A stretch of DNA of 64,000 nucleotides. Source: Chrysomallon squamiferum (lineage: Eukaryota > Animalia > Mollusca). Positions 56,572 to 64,000 of this stretch are shown here, piece after piece. The notes under the pieces are model-generated. The model worked only from the letters and a program-made list of their open reading frames with translations. It searched no databases and was not told where the DNA came from. Location: assembly GCA_012295275.1 (NCBI GenBank), contig CM022665.1, positions 42,780,001-42,844,000 of the forward strand, read 5' to 3'. Positions within the stretch are counted from its first letter, which is position 1. Each line of letters begins with the position of its first letter. A program made the translations under genes and the position numbers.

Positions 56572-59500
56572 ATTTTAGATCTATTTTGAAATCTGCATAA
56601 ATAAGGATGGTATTTGTGGCAAGTGATAAATTTATTTCACTTATGCCATCATACATACATATATACATATGAATATGTATGCAAGTGTGTGTGCTTATGT
56701 GCATGCGTGTGCAAAATGGCTGAAACTGATTATAGCCAGTTGGTAACTGCCACATCACCATTCATCTGTTGTCGTATCAGTGTGGTCATGCACTGTTGAT
56801 TCAATCAGTAAAGACAGAATCCATACAATGATTAAACAGATTCATATATTTACTTTCCATGAACAAAAGTGAATTCTGTTTTGACAATTTTTGTCTTATT
56901 AGTATATTTGTTTTATTTATTTATTTATTTTTTTTTTTTTTTTTTTTGACTGGCTTTTTATCAGAATTACTATATTAAAGGCTAGTAAAATAGTTTATGA
57001 GTTACGAAAATAAATGTTCAATGCAAAATGAAGGAATAAACATATATTTATAATATTAGATCATTATCTTTTTCTACCCCTTGGTAAAATACAAATTTTT
57101 CACTTTTCTTTTCAAGATTTTCATGATATAATCATTTACCAATGGTACCAATAAAATAAACTTTGCTGTTGAAACCACAGAGATCTAATGAAACACATGA
57201 ACTCTCTGAAAGCAGTCCCTGAACCATTCTTCTACCATTTCTTGACCATTCACCTTATAGATAATGCCAATGTATATTAAGCAAAATTAATCACTAAAAA
57301 TTCAGGTAATTCTAATCTAATCTCATCGATTTGTAGCACTTCAACAAAATAAGTCAGAAACCATTTTCAAATAACGATGGCAACAACCTTGATCTTCAAA
57401 AAATTACACAACTGCATTCATCCAAATGAAATTTTTGGTAACTAATATTTGATAAAGTAATGTATTTGTTAAATTTTTAGAAAAATATCAAAAGTCTCTG
57501 AAAAAAAGCAATGTCCTTGTGGTTGAAAAAGTTATGCAGAAAGTTATTTTTTTTATACAGAAAAGAAAAACCACAGTACAATGAAATGTATTCTTAGAGA
57601 AATGGCCTGAAATCAATGTTCTATTTTTAACATGAGGAACCTTGAAGAAATTGATCTGGCATGTTATCTAATCTGCAGAAAATCATTTAACATTTATGAT
57701 GAATGGCTAGAAATGAAATTCATAAAGCAATGCTATTTTGTAATAGTAACTGTGACATCTTCAGTTTTTTTATTCTAAAGAAACCAATAAATATAAAACA
57801 ATATAAATTCAGTTTCATTCGCTCTTTCAGTCCATAAAAAACTAAATATGAGCAGACAAAAGCAATCAGATCAAAAAAATTTAGAAATTGGGGTAGGATA
57901 TTTATACATTTAATTATTAAATTATATTACCCATTTTCTGGTCATCAAATAGATCTTTTCTACAAATATTAATTACAGGTACTGAAATCCGGAAAGATCA
58001 GAAAATTGGAAGATTTTTCCCGGAGCTATTTTCATAGTTGAGGCTCATGTGTGTCGTCCTCACCAGACCAGAACTACTCTTTCAAGCCTTGTGGTGTTCA
58101 TTCACTCACCACACACTGTTTATGTGTCAAGTCACTACAGTTGTGTATCATCAATTTTCTTTCAGTTTTCAATTTTAAAATGTTTATGGCTAATGAATTA
58201 CGTATTTAGATGCCTTGATACCAGAAAACCAGAAAATCCCAAAATCCGAAATGCCTCAAGCCCTAACAAGGAGTGCTGATAATTGGTCCAGTACATGTAT
58301 AACTTTATAAGGTTTTTTTTTACTTCTTTTTTTTTTTAATAACAATATTTCATTTGTTTATGGTTTGTACTATAACTTCATAAACACATTATTTTTTATC
58401 TTTGAAAATTTTACAAAATAAATTAATAAGTGACTATTCTTTTTGTTCTTAAAACAAATAAGAATATAAAACAAGAATTCCAGTCTGAAAATTTCAAGAG
58501 GAAATCCATATTTTCACCTGAAGGTTATAATTTACACCAAGAAGATCTATCATAATTGACAATAAAATTTCCAGATTAACAACTGTGTCAAAAGACACTG
58601 TGACAAACCATCACAAAACCATATTTACACATTTGTATCAAAACTTACACCTGATGACAAACTCAACTGATTTTGTTTTCAATATTTTTTTAATAATAAC
58701 TCATCATATTACAACATCAGCTTTTAAGAATTCTTTAATTTTCTTGCATAATGATATGCCTGAAGAAATTATGGCGTATTTGCAGCAAGAGATCTCATAT
58801 ACAACTTTTAAGAATGCATGATCTTTGATGTTTGCACATCAAGTTTATATGGAATGGGAAATTGGTCACACAAGACACACCAAGGTAAATCGATTCTTGA
58901 CCTGTTACACACTTCAAGGTGATTGCACTAACTTCTGGACAACTGTCAGCTCCTGCAATAGATTGTTTTGTCACCTAGAACTCTCTTGTTTTAGAACTGC
59001 TTACTTCTGCATCTGTCTGGATGTGTTCATGCATTAAACAGGGAATTTGCAAATATGCTCTTGATGCAGTGTTTGCCTGAAAATGCCACAGAATATATTT
59101 GCATTTTGGGTGGAAGTCTTCACTTACTCCTAACATTTCACCTGACTCATTCAGGAAAAAACTACAAAGTATAATGTCATGATTAATAATTAAAATAATA
59201 TTGTATCTTGTTATTAAGAGGATACAATACACCTTCCTTTTAATCTATCTTTGTTTTGTTTTTTCTCTTCAAAAATCTTTGATGAAGGCCAAAAAAATAA
59301 CTATTTGATTTACAGCTATTTTAACCCCTGCATGTAGATCATATGGTAATGTAATGCAATCAGATTAACACCTCTATAAAAACAGAGTTAAAAATTCAAG
59401 TCATGCTGTAACTGCAAGTTAGATAAACAAACTGGTTAATGCACAGGGCTGACAGTACTTAATGCAATGAACCATCAACTCAGCATTTTCACCTAACACA

Positions 59501-61507
59501 AATGACAAAGCATTCCATTCCTGTGTCCTTTAACTACTATTGACTTAGTTCCTTTGGACAAATTACCTGCTTGGTAAAATGCACACTTCTCTTTTCTACA
59601 TTATAACATTAACCTTGACCTTAAGTGACCCTGAAGTTAAAGATCCTTTTTACTGTCAAGAGCACTCCTTCTTTTTTTCTTTCTTTGTTTTTTTATGTGA
59701 TTCTGCACAGAATTATGTGAAAATCTGTAATTATAGTTGGAGAAAATGAGACTTGGTTTAATCTTAAACCATAAATTTGACCTTGTTCAAACAACTTTCC
59801 TATTATTAGACATAACCGTGACCTCTGAACAAGACATATCTTTTATATAAATTATGGTAGCAAAATCTAATACAGTACTTTGACCTTCTTTTTTTTCCCC
59901 ATTTATGATGTGGTTGTTGTTAAAATTAATTTAAAAAAAAATTAAATATTCTTCTGAAGTGTCCTTGAAAAGATGTATTACAAAATAAAAATTTTACATT
60001 TTTTATAATCATTTGTTTTGAACAAAGAAATTCTGACTGACAGTCTGGTTTGTTATTTGTCCACTTTTCCATATTTCTTTGGTAAAAATTTAATTTCTTT
60101 TGGAGCCAAATGCAATCTTGGATTTATGCTTTATATGCACATTTCATTTGTATGGAAACAAAATTAATTTTTCTGATTATAAGGGTGGGTTTTTTTGGGA
60201 GTACACAGGATCAAAAATAAATTCCATATGTTACCCAGAGTTGTTTCCCATGATTTAACAAAAATGATTCAACAGCTTTTGAAAATAATTTTATAAACAA
60301 CAATTTTCTTAAGCAGTGGAAAAAAATGTTATTTGACTGATTTACTGCATTTAAGTGTACAAAAATAAATTCAACATGAAGGTACATTCATCGTTTATTA
60401 ACCTTCAGAATCCATTGTTCATACGGACAAATTAGTCAAGGACATTTGATCAAAATCACATGCATTACAAAGAATTGCATTTAATATAACATTAAATTAG
60501 ATGCATGCTGTTGTAGGTAATTAAAGCTGTTTTTAAAATTTTATTTTATATTTGTCATTGCAAGGTGCATATGGTTCAGGGCTACATTTTCACATCATGA
60601 CCTAGATTTACAAGTACATGCAGAAAAAGTAGTTCTCTTATGAAATTAAGTGCTTGGGCTTGCTTTTTTTTTAATTAGCAAAATAAACTTCCATTATTGT
60701 TAACTTGTAATTTTATTTTAATTTTTTTTAATTTTTTAAAAAAAAATTTTAATATTAAGTATCAGAAGAGAAAAATGTCCTGGTCCTCCATTTTGAAATG
60801 ATCCACAACCTCTCATGCTACATTTTAACAAAGAAACCACACCCTCGCTTTATCAATTAGTTAAAAAGAAATTCAAATATGAAATTTGTTGTGAAATTTA
60901 TTACTGTCATTATTATACTTAATTATTATAAATTGTGTGACAATTTTTTTTTTTTTTTTTTTTTTAAATTGCTTATATCATTTATATTTTTGCCTAATAT
61001 CCCAATAATAATTTGTTTTAAAATTCAAATTTGAAATCCAAGCACATGTACTGTGGACATTACTGTACATTTGCTTATCAGTCCCACCTCCCTCTTTATT
61101 TGCCAAGTATCCCATAAACAATCTGGCAGCTTTAATGAACATGAAAAACCAAATTATTAATTTTTGGCAATTTATGGGACTGAAAAAATGAATTATAAAT
61201 AAATATATTTAAAAGAAAAAAAGGAAAAGTCTGATTTTCCTCAACCTTTTTTTTTTTTTGCCCATAAGAAAATGATATTAACTCAATAATCATCAATTCG
61301 GCCATTGTAACTACAAGGTCTTCATTTTTGCTGATTTTTACGTAGTTATTTGGTAGGAACTAGTCTATCTAGAAAGTACAAACTTTGCGCCTCAATGGGC
61401 TATGACGTGGGATTGAAAATATCTTTGTTTCTTTTACAAGCTGTCCTTTTGATCACAAAATATCTTGGTCATCAAAAAATAATCTAATTTTTAATTTTAG
61501 AACTTAC

Positions 61508-61524
61508 TTTTTGGATATAGGCAT
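61508..61524 (-). CDS. First coding exon of the bHLH-PAS gene, MPISK(K)
   Basis: ATG CCT ATA TCC AAA AA|gtaagt: perfect donor, phase 2 as required. In-frame TAA 9 codons upstream, purine at -3. Lies at the CpG-depletion boundary. Ends AA|G on Lys like HIF1A exon 1. Confidence 0.72.
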
Positions 61525-61699
61525 TTCTTCGAAATTTGGTATCCTCTCTTATAATCCACAATGACTCAGCTATGAGCAGCAGTAGTGTATCTTTAAATGT
61601 CAATGCAGCACAACGCTACTTCAACATATTTAACTGAACTGACAGAAATCAGTAGTAAAATATGTCTAAAATCCTATAAAATAGTTGTCACAGATACGT

Positions 61700-61850
61700 C
61701 TTCGAAGCAAGTTGATAAACACAACGACAATGACCTATTTATAAACATAATGATCCATGCGACGAAACAGTACACAGAAATCGTCGGTATGACGTAGACT
61801 ACATGTACGTCGGTACCCAAGTCGAGGTAGGTCAGGTCGGGTCATGTGTA
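61700..61850 (-). promoter_or_regulatory. Putative core and proximal promoter of the bHLH-PAS gene
   Basis: Minus-strand TATAAATA (61743-61736) lies 30 nt upstream of an Inr-like TCA (A at 61713). Also CRE-like TGACGTA 61790-61796, two CGTCGGTA copies (61782, 61808) and AGGTCA-N4-GGGTCA 61829-61844. Highest CpG density in the window. Confidence 0.55.
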
Positions 61851-62026
61851 AAAATAGGTTTATCCAAGTTGGTTTCAATACGGAAAAAATGATTTAAGCA
61901 TTTATGCAAAACATTTGATTTTTAATTAGCAACAAGATGAAAAGTTTTCCTGCTTTAATATATTTTTTTTCACTAATAAATACTTTTTCTTTCATCAAAT
62001 AATATTTTTAAAAGGCAAAACAATTT

Positions 62027-62046
62027 TGACTCAAAGATGGCGCCGG
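62027..62046 (+). promoter_or_regulatory. AP-1 site (TGACTCA) abutting a YY1-type motif AAGATGGCG
   Basis: TGACTCAAAGATGGCGCCGG. AAGATGGCG is the YY1 core commonly found near start sites. Confidence 0.45.
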
Positions 62047-62761
62047 TCAACGTATGCTGTTGGTAAATTCCTCCTAACCTGATTATGATGCAATTACAGC
62101 CGAAACTAGAATAGCATGATGCAATACCTGATTCTGACCTTGTACCTATAAAAGTTTTCATCATTTGGGCGAAAACATCTAAAATGTTAAATAAAGGTTG
62201 TGATCATGATAACTCCCAGATAACTTTGTCATTTGCTGACAGAGAACAGTGTTGTTGAAAGAGCAGATATGTCACAGCTTTCGTAACACTCTTGAACTTA
62301 AAGCGCTGAACTAAATACGTATTTGTGTTTAATACGTTTTAAATTTATAATAATTACATTTAAACGAAATAACGTTATATGATGAAGTAATCGAAATTGT
62401 TTATTATTTAGCATTTTCTTGAGCAAAGCACTTTGTATGAGCAACCAAACGGTATCGACTATTTCAGAAATAAATAATTTAACTCATCATCTGGAACAGA
62501 ATAAATTTGGATTTTATCTACATGTAATAATTATCATCATTATCATCATCATAAAAATATAAATAATACTGTTTTCCTTTACTTTTGAAAATTAGTTTGA
62601 ATGCGAACGCATTATAGAATTTTAAACATTTATTTAGACTCATTTATTTTATTATTATTTACATGCGTTTATTATTATTATTACTATGGAGGACATCATG
62701 TGAATATTTATCATATGAATACTGTAGTTATGATGTCTCCATTACAAGCTAATACAGTTTG

Positions 62762-62825
62762 ATCAGTGGCTATTTCCCGTTACAGCTAATGCTCCAAAAC
62801 TGATTCGTCACAGGCCGTAGTCCTA
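62762..62825 (+). mobile_element. SINE (Meta-domain) fragment with CpGs retained
   Basis: GGCTATTTCCCGTTACAGCTAATGCTCCAAAACTG...CAGGCCGTAG. Confidence 0.5.
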
Positions 62826-63005
62826 GCTGAAATCTATTTGATGGAAATAATGAACATAAAAGGTGCTTTTCTACTAATCCATGAGAGAAATCGTTTGGTA
62901 TGTTGACTCTGTTCGCCATCAACCTTTATTATTATTTAAGTGGGGGTTTTTTTGTATGTTTTTTTGTTTTTTGTTTTTTTAAATTTTAAATGCATGAATT
63001 AAAAA

Positions 63006-63076
<71 letters not shown>

Positions 63077-63389
63077 CATTAATAATAAATAAATAGCTAT
63101 TTCCATCAATAACCAATGTTCCGCGATGAAATATGCAGTCAGTGAGATAGTTTAGTTTAAAAATCGAATGGTGTGGTTGCAGTGTATTTTATCATAACTT
63201 ATCTTAAAATAAGCAATCATTTATTCATTTTCTGTTCTTCTAATTATTATTAAAATTAGTAGTAGTAGTAGTAATAGTACATCGGTGATGGTGATGGCAA
63301 TCTTTTCAAATGGTAATTTTTCATTATCACTCTTTATTCTTTTGTTTGTTTGTTTGTTTTTCTGTTTTTATCATTCCTGTCTTTCTCAC

Positions 63390-63593
63390 CGAGCTCTTAT
63401 TTTTATCTCGTAGTTCACTCTGAAATGCGTAATATGTCCGCATTTTTGGCGCGGTGTATTGTAATGAATGTTTTCTGGATGCTGTATCAAAGTTCGTACT
63501 AATAAACGATTCCGAAAATGCAGGTCCGTACATGCCGTTTACAATAAAATATAGTGAACACTCGAGTATGGAAACAAATGCTTTAGTATGCAA
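63390..63593 (-). CDS. Candidate 204-nt phase 0-0 exon of an unidentified upstream gene or transcript
   Basis: atttttgcag|TTG...TCG|gtgaga bounds 68 open codons (LHTKAFVSILECSLYF...ELRDKNKSS) of non-repetitive sequence. Protein not recognised. Confidence 0.4.
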
Positions 63594-63655
63594 CTGCAAA
63601 AATATTTTTCTTAATTATTTTTAATAGTCTTCTTCTTTTCTTCTTCTTCTTCTTC

Positions 63656-63690
<35 letters not shown>

Positions 63691-64000
63691 GTTGTTGTTT
63701 TTGTTGTTGTTGTTGTTTATTTATTCATTGTCAACCCTAGTAAATATAAAGGTAACTCTGAAATAGCATTCACGTTGAATCCTTTGCAATGACCACTTCT
63801 TAAATATTGTAAAGCTAGGGATGATTTAACTTTGTGTACATAATAGGAAAATAACTTGTCAGTCCAGTAATGTCTGTTGTAATACACTTTATCTTTAATA
63901 TCTCTATATGTCATATATTTTTATACGTTCCAGAAAGCTGAGGAAAAAGAAAGAACGTAATAGCTATTTCAAATTTCTATACGTAGACTTATTTCAGAGT

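Larger units (their letters stand above)
1..61713 (-). other. Transcription unit (5' part) of the bHLH-PAS gene; intron 1 35346-61507, intron 2 14900-35282; gene probably continues beyond position 1
   Basis: Three phase-compatible exons, CpG depletion throughout, and no recognisable PAS exon or terminal exon below 14727. Confidence 0.65.
61290..64000. promoter_or_regulatory. CpG-undepleted (probably unmethylated) promoter/intergenic domain
   Basis: Approximate hand count: ~60 CpG in these 2.7 kb versus ~70 CpG in positions 1-15000. Confidence 0.75.

Noticed and set aside
57975-58295. Possible Tc1/mariner-type MITE relic with TCCGGA/TCCGAA motifs
   Set aside because: Terminal inverted repeats could not be defined; needs a repeat library search.
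63717-63914. 65-aa ORF as a coding exon behind the strong acceptor at ~63938
   Set aside because: All three frames have stops within ~35 nt of the acceptor, and there is no clear donor.

Overview
AT-rich, microsatellite-dense animal genomic DNA, probably molluscan/gastropod (inferred from SINE relics recalled from memory, not searched). Nearly the whole window is the 5' part of one large minus-strand gene for a divergent class I bHLH-PAS factor (HIF-alpha/SIM/Trh-like). Three phase-compatible coding exons (61508-61524, 35283-35345, 14727-14899) splice to MPISKK-SRTKSDHDKEEKAVAKEKMSR-GMKAKEAAQKRRDNEAIEMDRLSNVLPLARDVVDKLDKGSIIRLAIAYIRIKQAIAK(G). The two introns are about 26 and 20 kb, and no PAS exon is recognisable in the window. 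Intron phases around the bHLH match vertebrate HIF1A, but the basic region is altered. CpG is strongly depleted over the gene body and recovers just inside intron 1 and across a TATA-containing promoter at about 61.7 kb, which independently supports the model. The introns carry many minisatellites (two born inside an RTE LINE relic and a SINE relic; one a ~1.8 kb array with a CCAAT box in each unit), a perfect 40-bp-arm palindrome, tandem duplications and degenerate SINEs. Almost all entries in the ORF track are repeat artefacts.
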